A stretch of 64,000 bases of DNA from Chlamydiales bacterium. Lineage in GTDB: Bacteria > Chlamydiota > Chlamydiia > Chlamydiales > SM23-39. The stretch lies in contig JANQFC010000027.1 of NCBI GenBank assembly GCA_028278035.1, positions 214,016 through 278,015 on the forward strand. Direction: 5' to 3'. The position numbers and the translations under genes are program-made. Under the pieces are notes generated by a model. It did not search any database, was not told where the DNA came from, and saw only the letters and a program-made list of their open reading frames with translations. Positions within the stretch are counted from its first letter, which is position 1. Each line of letters begins with the position of its first letter. This document shows positions 52,721 to 62,729 of this stretch, one piece after another.

Positions 52721-53341
52721 ATGAAAATAAATAAATATTTTTTTATAATCACAACAGCTTTGTTATTTAGTTTTAAATCGCTATATGCAGTAGATGCACC
52801 TGTTATTGGTGTTGTGAATTTTACAACATGTTTAACAGAATCAAAATATGCTAAAAATGAACAGGAGCAGTTTGAGAACATCAAAAAACAATGGTCGTCA
52901 TTGATTGAAGATACAGAAAAAGAACTTCAAGATGTTACTTCAAAACTAGAAGACCAAGATTATTTAGATGGTCTTTCTCCTGAAGCATTAGATGAGTTAA
53001 AACAAAAACAAACTGCTTTAAATGAAAATGTGATGAAGTATCAAAACCAACTTTATCAAATATTAAATCAAGCTAATTATTTCTTTATTCAAAAAATGTC
53101 TACAACAATCTCCAAAGCTTCTGAAAAAATAGCCAGAGATAAAAAACTAGACTTAGTTTTAAATAAAGAGGCTTGTTTTTATAACGATCCAAAAATGGAT
53201 GTTACAACTCTAGTTTTAAAAGAACTAGATACCAATTTTGAAAAAGAAGCTGCTAAAAAAGATGGTGAAAAATCAGACAAAAAAACAGCTGACAATCTTT
53301 TAAATGCTAAAGATCTAGAAAAGACAGAAACTGTAAAGTAA
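52721..53341 (+). CDS. skp: OmpH/Skp chaperone
   Basis: Signal peptide, IGVVNF, coiled coil, DVT..VL..L; lies between bamA and lpxD. Confidence 0.9.
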   Translation: MKINKYFFIITTALLFSFKSLYAVDAPVIGVVNFTTCLTESKYAKNEQEQFENIKKQWSSLIEDTEKELQDVTSKLEDQDYLDGLSPEALDELKQKQTALNENVMKYQNQLYQILNQANYFFIQKMSTTISKASEKIARDKKLDLVLNKEACFYNDPKMDVTTLVLKELDTNFEKEAAKKDGEKSDKKTADNLLNAKDLEKTETVK

Positions 53342-53342
53342 T

Positions 53343-54374
53343 ATGACATCATTTACATTAGAAGAATTAGCATCAGTTACCAATTCAAAACTTCAAGGAA
53401 ATAAAAAATTCTTGATAAGTGGTATAAATACATTGGAAGATGCTTCGAATATTGAAGCATCTTTTTTAGCAAACCCCCGCTACATAGAAGAAATGAAAAG
53501 CTCTCATGCGGGGGTTATATGTGTAGATGAAAAAACAAAATTAAATGAAAATCAAAATTATTTGATTTCAAACGATCCATCTAGAACATTCCAGCAAATA
53601 GCTGAAATGTTTTTAAAATCACAAAATCAATATACCGGTTTTAATGATATACATTCCTCAGCTGTTATTCATGAGACAGCAAAGATCGGTAAAAATGTTC
53701 AAATAGGACCAAATTCTTCTATAGATAAAAACGTTGTTATAAAAGATAGTACATATATAGCTGCAAATGTTTCTATTGGCCCAAATGTGCAAATCGGTGA
53801 AGCTTGTACTATTCATCCGCATGTAACAATCAGAGAAGGCTCAATCTTACATAACAGAGTCCAGCTGCAGCCGGGAGTGGTAATTGGCTCCTGCGGTTTT
53901 GGCTATACTCATACCAAAGAAGGTAAATATATCAAAATACTTCAGTTAGGTATAGTTGTTTTGGAAGATGATGTGGACATTGGAGCCAATACTACAATTG
54001 ACAGGGCCAGATTCAAATCTACTATAATTAAAAAAGGCACTAAAGTAGATAATCTCGTTCAAATTGCCCATAACGTAGAAATCGGAGAAGATACGGCAAT
54101 AGCAGCCCAAACGGGAATTGCCGGGTCCTCAAAAATCGGTAGTAAAGTTATTATGGGTGGACAAGTAGGAGTCACAGGCCATATTGAAATTTCCGATTAT
54201 GTTATGCTGGCAACTAGAACAGGCGTCAGTAAAAATTTAAAATCAGGTAAATATAGAGGCTCACCCGCTATACCTTTAGCTGAATATAACAGACAATACA
54301 TCACATATAAAAATTTAGATAAAATAATCAAGAAGCTGGAATCTTCTATTTCTAAGCTAAAAGATAAAGCTTAA
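53343..54374 (+). CDS. lpxD: UDP-3-O-acylglucosamine N-acyltransferase
   Basis: Hexapeptide repeats, [22 protein letters not shown]. Confidence 0.96.
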   Translation: MTSFTLEELASVTNSKLQGNKKFLISGINTLEDASNIEASFLANPRYIEEMKSSHAGVICVDEKTKLNENQNYLISNDPSRTFQQIAEMFLKSQNQYTGFNDIHSSAVIHETAKIGKNVQIGPNSSIDKNVVIKDSTYIAANVSIGPNVQIGEACTIHPHVTIREGSILHNRVQLQPGVVIGSCGFGYTHTKEGKYIKILQLGIVVLEDDVDIGANTTIDRARFKSTIIKKGTKVDNLVQIAHNVEIGEDTAIAAQTGIAGSSKIGSKVIMGGQVGVTGHIEISDYVMLATRTGVSKNLKSGKYRGSPAIPLAEYNRQYITYKNLDKIIKKLESSISKLKDKA

Positions 54375-54439
54375 TTAAAAAACTTCTTGCTTTTCCAATT
54401 TTTAACTGTTAAGTAGGAAATAGAGGGATAGTTGCACTT

Positions 54440-55360
54440 ATGATTGATATTTACTTTAAAACAATTAGGGATGAAGCTTTTAAACAAATACAGGATTTCA
54501 GAATAGGCAGCTGGATACATGTATCAGATGCTACAATGGACGATCTCACTAAAATCTCCAACATATGCAACGTTGAGATAAATGACATTTTAGACAGTAT
54601 AGATAAATATGAGATTCCAAGAATTGAACATTTAAACGGCAACGTTATAATTTATTCCCGTCATTCCTCAGAACAGGAAGCCGGTCTTCATACTTCTACA
54701 CTAACAATTATTTTAACAAATAACTTTATCATTACTATTGCCCCTTTTAAAAGTCATATTGTAGATGCCTTGATAAACAGCAGGACAAAACATACCACAA
54801 CACAAAAATCTAAACTTCTTTTATATTTACTTCTCAAAACCACTCAAGATTTCACGACTAAGATCAAAGGCGTAAGAAATGCTGTTATTGAACAAGAAAA
54901 CAAGATGAAAAATGTTACCAGCAAAGCAATTGCAATACTTACAAAAAATGAAGAAGTCTTAAATCAATATTTATCATCTTTAGTTCCTTTAAGAAATTTA
55001 CTGCAAGCGATCACAACAGGAAGATATGTAAGTTTATATGAAGAAGACTACGATTTACTAGATGATCTGACAACAGCTATTAAACAATCAGAAGACATAT
55101 GTTCTGTCAGCATAAAAAGCATCAGGTCCTTGAGAGATTCTTATCAGATTTTATTTACAAATGATGTCAATAAAACAATGAAGTTATTAACTGCCATTAC
55201 GATCATCTTTACAATTCCAACGATCATAGCATCTATTTACGGGATGAACGTACAATTACCGCTCGAAAAGAATCCTTACGCTTTTTTAATCATTATAAAT
55301 ATCACTATTTTGATATCCCTTGTTTGCGTATATGTTTTTGCACGTAAAAGATGGCTCTGA
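54440..55360 (+). CDS. corA: CorA-family Mg2+ transporter
   Basis: YGMNV motif between two C-terminal TMs. Confidence 0.9.
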   Translation: MIDIYFKTIRDEAFKQIQDFRIGSWIHVSDATMDDLTKISNICNVEINDILDSIDKYEIPRIEHLNGNVIIYSRHSSEQEAGLHTSTLTIILTNNFIITIAPFKSHIVDALINSRTKHTTTQKSKLLLYLLLKTTQDFTTKIKGVRNAVIEQENKMKNVTSKAIAILTKNEEVLNQYLSSLVPLRNLLQAITTGRYVSLYEEDYDLLDDLTTAIKQSEDICSVSIKSIRSLRDSYQILFTNDVNKTMKLLTAITIIFTIPTIIASIYGMNVQLPLEKNPYAFLIIINITILISLVCVYVFARKRWL

Positions 55361-55524
55361 TTTATTTTTGCATGAATCTACTGCAGTCTTTTGATAGCAG
55401 CTGGTCAAAATAAATAATAAGATCAAAAAAATAATATTTTTCATTGTTTTTCTATTTTTTAATACTTAATATTGAATTTAATTAAAAATACATTTTTTAT
55501 GTCTATTAAAAAAGAGAAAAGCAT

Positions 55525-56232
55525 ATGGCATTGAGACCAATTTATTATGATACCGAAACAACCGGGGTAAACAGTAAAAAAGATAAGATCATTGAGATAG
55601 CAGCTTTTGACCCTGTCTTAAATAGAACATTTTCCCAGTTAATAAACCCAGAAAGACCGATCCCTGAAGAATCTACTCAAATATGCAATATAACCGATGA
55701 AATGGTCAAAGACTGCCCTACTTTTGAACAAGTCGGACAAAAGTTCGTTGACTTTTGTAAAGGAGAAACTGTATTGATCGCTCATAATAACGACGGTTTT
55801 GATAAATTTTTTCTCATAGAGGAATTTAAAAGAGCAAACCTTATCCTTCCCAACTGGCCGTATATTGATTCTTTAAAGTGGGCAAGAAAATATAGGCCTG
55901 ATCTTCCAAGACATGCCTTGCAGTATTTAAGGGAAATATATGAAATAGAAGCAAATCAAGCCCATAGAGCTTTAGATGATGTTATGGTTCTATATAAGAT
56001 ATTTTCTAAAATGACAGACGACCTTTCTATGGAAAACATTATTAAATTAATATATAAATCAACAACAGAAATTGATCGTATGCCCTTTGGTAAATATATC
56101 GGCACTCCTTTGAAAAAAGTTCCTAAATGGTACATTGAATGGCTTGATAAAAATAACGTATTAGACAAAGAAGAGCATAAAAATTTAAAATTAGGTTTTG
56201 AAAAATTAAACTTATTAGCGAGTAAAAAATGA
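55525..56232 (+). CDS. dnaQ: DEDDh 3'-5' exonuclease (DnaQ/epsilon-like) with C-terminal MPFGKY domain
   Basis: YDTETTG, AHN..FD, HRALDD, MPFGKY.G. Confidence 0.85.
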   Translation: MALRPIYYDTETTGVNSKKDKIIEIAAFDPVLNRTFSQLINPERPIPEESTQICNITDEMVKDCPTFEQVGQKFVDFCKGETVLIAHNNDGFDKFFLIEEFKRANLILPNWPYIDSLKWARKYRPDLPRHALQYLREIYEIEANQAHRALDDVMVLYKIFSKMTDDLSMENIIKLIYKSTTEIDRMPFGKYIGTPLKKVPKWYIEWLDKNNVLDKEEHKNLKLGFEKLNLLASKK

Positions 56233-57053
56233 ATATAGCAATTATAGGCTGCGGTTATATTGGCTTTGAACTGGCAAAAGATTTAGTTAATAAAAAATAT
56301 TTTGTAACAGCTACAACCAAACATTCTAAAACATTGGACGCGGTAAAACCAATTGTCCAAAAAAGTATAATACTGGAAGGCAGCGACATTAATGAGATAT
56401 TGCTAATCCTAAAAGAAAACGATATTATTATTTTAACTGTTGGGATAGACAAATTAAAAGATTTTGAAAACACCTACTTAAAAACTGCTCAAAATATAAA
56501 AAAAGCAGCATTAGAATTAGATACCCCAAAAATGATAATATACACTTCTAAAAGCGTAATATACGGCGATCATCAGGGTCGTTGGGTGGATGAAGATGCA
56601 AGCATTAATGCAAAAGACGATGAAAGTAAGATATTAGTAGATACAGAAAATACCCTTCTATCCCTAAAGGAACTTAACTGGAAAGTATGTATCTTAAGGC
56701 TTGCCCATATTTACGGCCCCAATAGAGATCTTACTAATATTATGAAAAATCTGCATGACCACTATCTTCCCGGCAATGGCAGTTTTTATACTAATATGGT
56801 TCATCAAAAAGATGTAGTGGGCGCCATAAATTATGTAATAGAACATCAACTCCAAGGTATTTTCAATGTAGTTGATGACGATCATCCTACAAGACAGGAG
56901 CTCAGTGATTTTTTGTGTCAAAAATTAAATATAAATAAAGTTGAGTGGGACCCTAAAAAAGCTGATTTTCCAGATGCTAATAAAAGAGTTTCAAACTACA
57001 GGATCAAAGAAGCGGGTTTTTCACTATCAATCCCTTATAAAATGATTAAATAA
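56229..57053 (+). CDS. NAD(P)-dependent epimerase/SDR (YeeZ-like)
   Basis: IIGCGYIG, VIYGD..G.WVDE, LRLA.IYGP.R. Confidence 0.85.
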   Translation: MNIAIIGCGYIGFELAKDLVNKKYFVTATTKHSKTLDAVKPIVQKSIILEGSDINEILLILKENDIIILTVGIDKLKDFENTYLKTAQNIKKAALELDTPKMIIYTSKSVIYGDHQGRWVDEDASINAKDDESKILVDTENTLLSLKELNWKVCILRLAHIYGPNRDLTNIMKNLHDHYLPGNGSFYTNMVHQKDVVGAINYVIEHQLQGIFNVVDDDHPTRQELSDFLCQKLNINKVEWDPKKADFPDANKRVSNYRIKEAGFSLSIPYKMIK

Positions 57054-57155
57054 TTTTTTTTATATAAAAAATATTTAATAAAACATTCGTTTAATGCATT
57101 CTACTTTTATGTTATATTATTTCATAAAATTATTATAATTAATAAAGGACATAAC

Positions 57156-58031
57156 ATGACGGCAATTACATATAATTATGAAAGTATTAGAGAAAGATTA
57201 TCTAATAGTTTCACAGAAATAGATCTTTTAAAACAAAATATTAGCCAGCAAATACCTACCAGCTATTTATTGGCTCAAACTCTACATAATATAAAATATA
57301 ACGGAGAAATGATCGATAAAATATCTGCTATACTCAAAGAGCTTTCCCGTGAATATTCCCATTTGCCTGAAGAGCCTAGCGAAGCCACAGTCATACTACT
57401 AGGAAAAATACAATCCAACTGGTCAAAATTTCTAGAAATGAGCAAAACTTATGATAGTTTAACCCATGATGCTTTAAAACCTATTTTTCACATATATAAT
57501 GCAATTGATCACTTATACACTAAATATGATCTATCCCAAGAAGAAGTAGAAGATATGTTAATTCTAAACATCTCTAACGGTAATGTTTCTTATACTAACC
57601 GTCTTTTGACAACCTATTCAGATAGAATCTCACAAGACATAAAAACCTTAGCTTTTACAATTATTTTTACTATAAGAAGCACAATTCATAATAGAAGCAT
57701 ACAGACTACACAAACTTTATTGACTGAACTTTTATTAGGTAAGTTTTTTGACGATATAGACCAAGAAGAAAAAATACATGCTTTTGAACATGCAGTAGAA
57801 ACAGATAATCTTAGATTGCTGAATGTGTTATTAGATAAATGCTACTTTTCTTTATCAAATCAGGATAAAAACAAAATTACAATTAAAAAAATAATAGAAC
57901 TATACAAATTAGCAATATCTGAACAAAGTTTTACGATAATTCAATATTTTAATAGCGAATTCTTTCCTTTATTAAAACAGACAAAATATCAGGAAGAAAT
58001 TAAAAATCTACAAAAAGAACTATTGTATTAG
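57156..58031 (+). CDS. Hypothetical protein with degenerate ankyrin-like repeats, possibly nonsense-truncated
   Basis: AFEHAVETDNLRLLNVLL and LYKLAISEQSFTIIQYF; the frame stays open for 40 codons after the TAG. Confidence 0.6.
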   Translation: MTAITYNYESIRERLSNSFTEIDLLKQNISQQIPTSYLLAQTLHNIKYNGEMIDKISAILKELSREYSHLPEEPSEATVILLGKIQSNWSKFLEMSKTYDSLTHDALKPIFHIYNAIDHLYTKYDLSQEEVEDMLILNISNGNVSYTNRLLTTYSDRISQDIKTLAFTIIFTIRSTIHNRSIQTTQTLLTELLLGKFFDDIDQEEKIHAFEHAVETDNLRLLNVLLDKCYFSLSNQDKNKITIKKIIELYKLAISEQSFTIIQYFNSEFFPLLKQTKYQEEIKNLQKELLY

Positions 58032-58336
58032 GCAATAGACCAAAGATTTTATGTTGCTGTCGAAGCTCTTATCTATTCAATGCAATATAGCGAAAAATAT
58101 TTAGTTAAACCTTTTCTTTCCAGCTTTAACAAAAATAACATTCGCATTGTCTGAAATACGTTTGCTCAAATTAAATGCCACGAACATAAAATCGATTTAT
58201 TAAAATATAGTGTTTCTAAACAAAATTTAAATTTATTTTCCTTCAACTTCGCGCTGAAAGTACAAAAAATAAAAGGGCTTAATATGCGTTTACAATGAGC
58301 TGTGCTCGGATTTGTTTTTACCAGCCAACCTCTAAG

Positions 58337-58615
58337 TTAAAGCTCGACTAGCGCCTCTTGCAAAGCTACTGCATCATCAACGATCAGTAGATATCGTTTA
58401 TTTTCCGGTTTTGATAAATAAGTATCCATATCCTGTATAAGTTTTTCTACCTGAATTTTGACTTTTCCGGATATGATTTTAGAAAGATGCACAGCCTGAA
58501 CTTGATAAGATCTTATTTTAGGCTTAATGTAATCATTTTTTGTTCTATCAAATTCCTGCAGTAAATTCATAATGTTCAACAAACAATCAGATAATTCTTT
58601 ATATTCATCTATCAT
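58337..58615 (-). CDS. Hypothetical protein (92 aa)
   Basis: ATGA overlap with the msbA stop; helical; unknown function. Confidence 0.6.
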   Translation of the reverse strand: MIDEYKELSDCLLNIMNLLQEFDRTKNDYIKPKIRSYQVQAVHLSKIISGKVKIQVEKLIQDMDTYLSKPENKRYLLIVDDAVALQEALVEL

Positions 58616-60543
58616 ATCAGCTGAACCTCTCCGTATTTAGACTTGTGATAGTGCTGCCACATATACTTAAACTCCGGACAATGCTGCAAAAGTTCTTGTT
58701 TTGTACCTTCTGCTATTTTCTGACCTTTGTCAAGGTACACTATTTTATCAGCATGCTCTATAGTAGACAATCTATGCGCTATAATAATTTGTGTAACTTC
58801 ATGATGCAACTCTTTTATTGCTTCTTTTATTTTGCTTTCACTGATTGCATCTAAAGAAGACGTAGCCTCATCCATCACTAAAATAGGTGCTTTTTTAACT
58901 AGAGCCCTTGCTATTGCAAGTCTTTGCTGCTGCCCTCCCGATAAGCTTTTGCCTGTCTCTGCTATAACAGTATTGTATTTTTGGGGCAGGTCTACTATAA
59001 ATTCATGAGCGTGGGCTTTTTTAGCGGCCCTTTCCACTTCTTCCATAGAAAAATTTCTTCCGAAAGAAATATTTTCGTATATAGTGTCATAAAATAAAAA
59101 AGGCTTTTGAGGAACAAAAGCTATATTTTCCCTTAAAGACTTTTGAGTATAATCTTTAACAGATACGCTATCTATTTTTATATCGCCTTTTTGAACATCA
59201 AAAAGTCTTGGTAACAACTGCACTATTGTTGATTTTCCAGCTCCTGTAGGTCCTACTATTGCCACAGTATCGCCTTTTTTTACGTTAAAGGATAATTCTT
59301 TTAATACCCATTCATCATGATATTTAAAACTAATATTTTTAAATTGTATTGTTTCTTTGAAGTCATTCATTTCAATAGCGCCGTCAATATCTTCTATTTG
59401 AGGTTTTAAAGATAATACTTCAAACATGCGCTCTGCAGCAACTACTCCTCTTTGGATATTAGTATTTTCTTCTGCAAGTTTTTTAACAGGCTCATAAAAA
59501 GCATGAAGATAGGCAATAAAAACGATCAGGACAGGGATGCTCATATTTAAAAAATACAAACCTAATAAAATAACTGTAGCCATACAGCCTGTTGATATAA
59601 AATGAAGAATAGGTCTTGTCAAAAGACTGTATTTAGCGCTTTTCCCCTCTAGATAAGCCATTCGTGAATTTTGCTCTTTATATTTTTTTAAGGAAAAAGC
59701 TTCCATTGCAAAAATCTTAACAGTTTGTATTCCTCCTAAAAAATCTAATAAAACAGATGTAAAATTCTCCTGATTTTTCTGCAACTGGCGTGTTACTTTT
59801 TTTATTCTTTTAGTTAAGAAAATAACAGGCAAAACAATCATCGGCATTCCAATAAAAATAATTAAGGATAATTTCCAGGATAAATAAAAACATGCCGTAA
59901 AAGATATAAGTATAACAAAAGGAGTTTGAATGTAATTGGTAATAATCGAGTTCAAAGAAGATGCTATTTGACCAGCATCTCCCACTGCTCTGGTAGATAA
60001 GGTTCCCATATTATGCTGCTGATAAAAACTCAGTGGCAAAGACTGAATATGCTCAAAATACTGCTGACGCAAATCTCTTGTTATCCTAATGGATAATACC
60101 TGAGTCGAATACCTGGAAAAAAACAAAAAAATAGCCTTGTAAAGCGCTACAATAATTAAAATCCATATCAAAACAGAAAAATTATTATCCAAATCAAACT
60201 TATTTGAAATCATTCTGAAAATTTTATTCAAAGGATTGGTGTTTTTCCTTTGAGCTATATAGATAGCTGCATCTTTTTTAGTAATAACCCCAGTATCATT
60301 TTTGTCGATCTTTTTCCATTCCCTATTTATATCTTCTATAGTAACGGAATCCCTAGAATGCAGTTTCCCTTTTTTATCCTTGCCGAAAAGGGTAAAAAAA
60401 TCGGCTCCAGTATTAGCTATAAATCCCATGGAAAATAATTCCATGGAATTACCGATAGTCGCACACAAAAGAGTTGCTAATGTTAAAATAGCCAAGGTCA
60501 AATGTTTGCTGTTTCTAATAGCAGCTTTTAAAAGAAGTTTCAT
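58612..60543 (-). CDS. msbA: MsbA-like ABC exporter (CT264-like)
   Basis: ABC TM domain, GPTGAGKS, LSGGQQQR, DEATSSLD, IAHRLST; follows accA as in Chlamydia. Confidence 0.85.
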   Translation of the reverse strand: MKLLLKAAIRNSKHLTLAILTLATLLCATIGNSMELFSMGFIANTGADFFTLFGKDKKGKLHSRDSVTIEDINREWKKIDKNDTGVITKKDAAIYIAQRKNTNPLNKIFRMISNKFDLDNNFSVLIWILIIVALYKAIFLFFSRYSTQVLSIRITRDLRQQYFEHIQSLPLSFYQQHNMGTLSTRAVGDAGQIASSLNSIITNYIQTPFVILISFTACFYLSWKLSLIIFIGMPMIVLPVIFLTKRIKKVTRQLQKNQENFTSVLLDFLGGIQTVKIFAMEAFSLKKYKEQNSRMAYLEGKSAKYSLLTRPILHFISTGCMATVILLGLYFLNMSIPVLIVFIAYLHAFYEPVKKLAEENTNIQRGVVAAERMFEVLSLKPQIEDIDGAIEMNDFKETIQFKNISFKYHDEWVLKELSFNVKKGDTVAIVGPTGAGKSTIVQLLPRLFDVQKGDIKIDSVSVKDYTQKSLRENIAFVPQKPFLFYDTIYENISFGRNFSMEEVERAAKKAHAHEFIVDLPQKYNTVIAETGKSLSGGQQQRLAIARALVKKAPILVMDEATSSLDAISESKIKEAIKELHHEVTQIIIAHRLSTIEHADKIVYLDKGQKIAEGTKQELLQHCPEFKYMWQHYHKSKYGEVQLI

Positions 60544-60549
60544 ATTTTG

Positions 60550-61503
60550 TTATACTAGTTTGTACTCGCCTAAATCACGGAATTTTTTATAGCGCTTCTC
60601 TATTAAAACGTTTATTGCAATATTTTTCAAGTTATCCCATTCTTCTAGGATAAACTGTTTAACCGTTTGATACATTTCATCTGGATTTAGATGAGCGCCG
60701 CCCTGAGGCTCTTTTATAATCTTATCAATAATTTTTAATTTTGATAAGTCTTCCGCCTGCATTTTTAAAGCTTTGGCAGCTTCTGCATTTTTAGAAGCGT
60801 CCTTGTACAAAATAGATGCGCATCCTTCCGGAGATATAACAGAATAATAGGCATGCTGAAGCATGCCAATAGCATCTCCGATACCAATACCTAAAGCTCC
60901 TCCGGAACAACCTTCCCCTATTATCAATACAATAACTGGAGTTGTCAGCTTTGCCATTTCAAATAGGTTCTTGGCAATAGCCCATCCCTGCCCTCTTTCT
61001 TCTGCTGCAAGACCTGGATAAGCACCTTGAGTATCTAACAACGTAATAACAGGAATTCCAAACTTTTCAGCTAATTTCATAGCTCTTAAAGCTTTTCTGA
61101 AACCTTCAGGATGAGGCATACCGAAATTTCTTTCCAGCCTGCTTTCAGTATCATTTCCTTTTTCCTGACCGATTATCATGAACTTTTGCCCATCAATTTT
61201 CGCAAGGGCCGTTATTATCGATTTATCATCTTTAAAAGTTCTGTCTCCTGCTATTTCTTCGTACTCTTCTGCTATATTTTGAATATAATCCAAAGAATGG
61301 GGTCTCTTAGGGTGACGGCAGATCATCACTCTGTCCCAAGCAGATAAATTGGCATAGACCTTTTGTTTTAATAGTTCCAATTTTTTCTCTAATTTATCTA
61401 TTTCATCCTGAGACCACATAGCGTTAGTTTTATTCTGCTCTATGACCTGTTTAATAGTCTCTTCATATTCATAAATCTGTTTTTCATGGGGCAAAATGTT
61501 CAT
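60550..61503 (-). CDS. accA: Acetyl-CoA carboxylase carboxyltransferase alpha
   Basis: [37 protein letters not shown]. Confidence 0.97.
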   Translation of the reverse strand: MNILPHEKQIYEYEETIKQVIEQNKTNAMWSQDEIDKLEKKLELLKQKVYANLSAWDRVMICRHPKRPHSLDYIQNIAEEYEEIAGDRTFKDDKSIITALAKIDGQKFMIIGQEKGNDTESRLERNFGMPHPEGFRKALRAMKLAEKFGIPVITLLDTQGAYPGLAAEERGQGWAIAKNLFEMAKLTTPVIVLIIGEGCSGGALGIGIGDAIGMLQHAYYSVISPEGCASILYKDASKNAEAAKALKMQAEDLSKLKIIDKIIKEPQGGAHLNPDEMYQTVKQFILEEWDNLKNIAINVLIEKRYKKFRDLGEYKLV

Positions 61504-61516
61504 AAATTATTACCTA

Positions 61517-62506
61517 TTATTTTATATTACTTTCTTTGCCAGGAAGCTGAGCTTCGTGAAAATCGTTTACCAATTCGATAGTTGTCGGTTTTGAGATTAT
61601 AATAGCAAACAACTCTTCTATATCATCGGAAGCCAGCCTTATGCATCCATCACTGTCATATTGACCGATCTTCGATGTATCCTCTGTAAGGGTTCCGTTT
61701 GACTCTGTCCAAGGAGCTCCGTGAATTCCTAAGCCTTTATAAGACTCTGAGCAACTTTCTATTTCCTTTTCGAATGGTATCCACCTTGTTCCAAAAACCT
61801 TTATCATTTCCACTTTCTGATCTTGAAAATAACCCATAGTCCCCGGTTTATAAATAGCCACTTTACTACCCAGCTGATATTTACCGATAGGTGTTAAGAA
61901 ACCTGATTTTCTCTTGGACTCTTTTCTGCCAAGCCCCACATTGTAAGTTTTTAAAAGTATTCTCTCTTGAGTATCTAAATCCAATGAATAAAACCACAAT
62001 TTGGATCTGGATAGATCAATCAAGAGATAAAAATTCAAATTCTTGTCTTTAGCCAAAACGTTAAATCTATCTCCCGGCGCCACCCTTTGGGAAAAGTAGT
62101 CCGGTTTTCTATTTAAACTTCTAGCGATGAAATGCCTAGTCGTCGAGTAATAAGAAGCATAATCCGCTATCCATGCCGGTCTTCCTGAAATCCAGGGCAC
62201 TCTGCTCGTATAAGTCACTGTTTCCACTATCGGAAGCCTGGATGAGTCGGTTGCAAACAATCTGTCGATTAAGTTCGCATCGGGTAGATTTTCATCTACT
62301 TTACTTTCAACAACTTCTATTTTTTGAAGTTCAATTTTTTTAGGTTCTTCTTTAACAGGCTCTTCTTCTATACAAATTTCTTGAACCTTATCTTGTTTAG
62401 CGTTAAAAGCTTGGTCTTCTTTTTTTGTTTTTTTAAAAAAAGAAGCTAATAATATAGCCGAAAATAAAACTATAGTTCCTGAGATCACTACTTTTTTTAC
62501 TGACAA
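61517..62506 (-). CDS. L,D-transpeptidase (YkuD family) with N-terminal membrane anchor
   Basis: IDLS, VGLG, TPIGKY, FGTRWI, GIHG...SDGCIRL catalytic motif. Confidence 0.85.
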   Translation of the reverse strand: MSVKKVVISGTIVLFSAILLASFFKKTKKEDQAFNAKQDKVQEICIEEEPVKEEPKKIELQKIEVVESKVDENLPDANLIDRLFATDSSRLPIVETVTYTSRVPWISGRPAWIADYASYYSTTRHFIARSLNRKPDYFSQRVAPGDRFNVLAKDKNLNFYLLIDLSRSKLWFYSLDLDTQERILLKTYNVGLGRKESKRKSGFLTPIGKYQLGSKVAIYKPGTMGYFQDQKVEMIKVFGTRWIPFEKEIESCSESYKGLGIHGAPWTESNGTLTEDTSKIGQYDSDGCIRLASDDIEELFAIIISKPTTIELVNDFHEAQLPGKESNIK

Positions 62507-62729
62507 AGCCCTGTCTCCTTACTTTCTAAATATTGCTTTATATAATACACGAAAATGTATTAAATTTAAATGGTCAATGCCATTTTAAAAGCTACATATT
62601 AATAATTTAAATATTAACCCATAATATAAAATTTTAAAATATTATTTGCATCAATATTATTTTGTGAGTTAAATACTTAAGAAATCAAAATAATTATTTG
62701 ATAAAAAAAATTATTTACTATTCAGAAAA

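Noticed and set aside
7139-55360. Four Mg2+-related transport genes (mgtE, corA, two CNNM) as a special system
   Set aside because: They are dispersed, and each sits in an ordinary housekeeping context; no evidence of a joint locus
58155-58336. Slightly GC-richer intergenic stretch, possible IS/MITE remnant or ncRNA
   Set aside because: No terminal inverted repeats, target duplication, transposase fragment or recognisable RNA motif could be found
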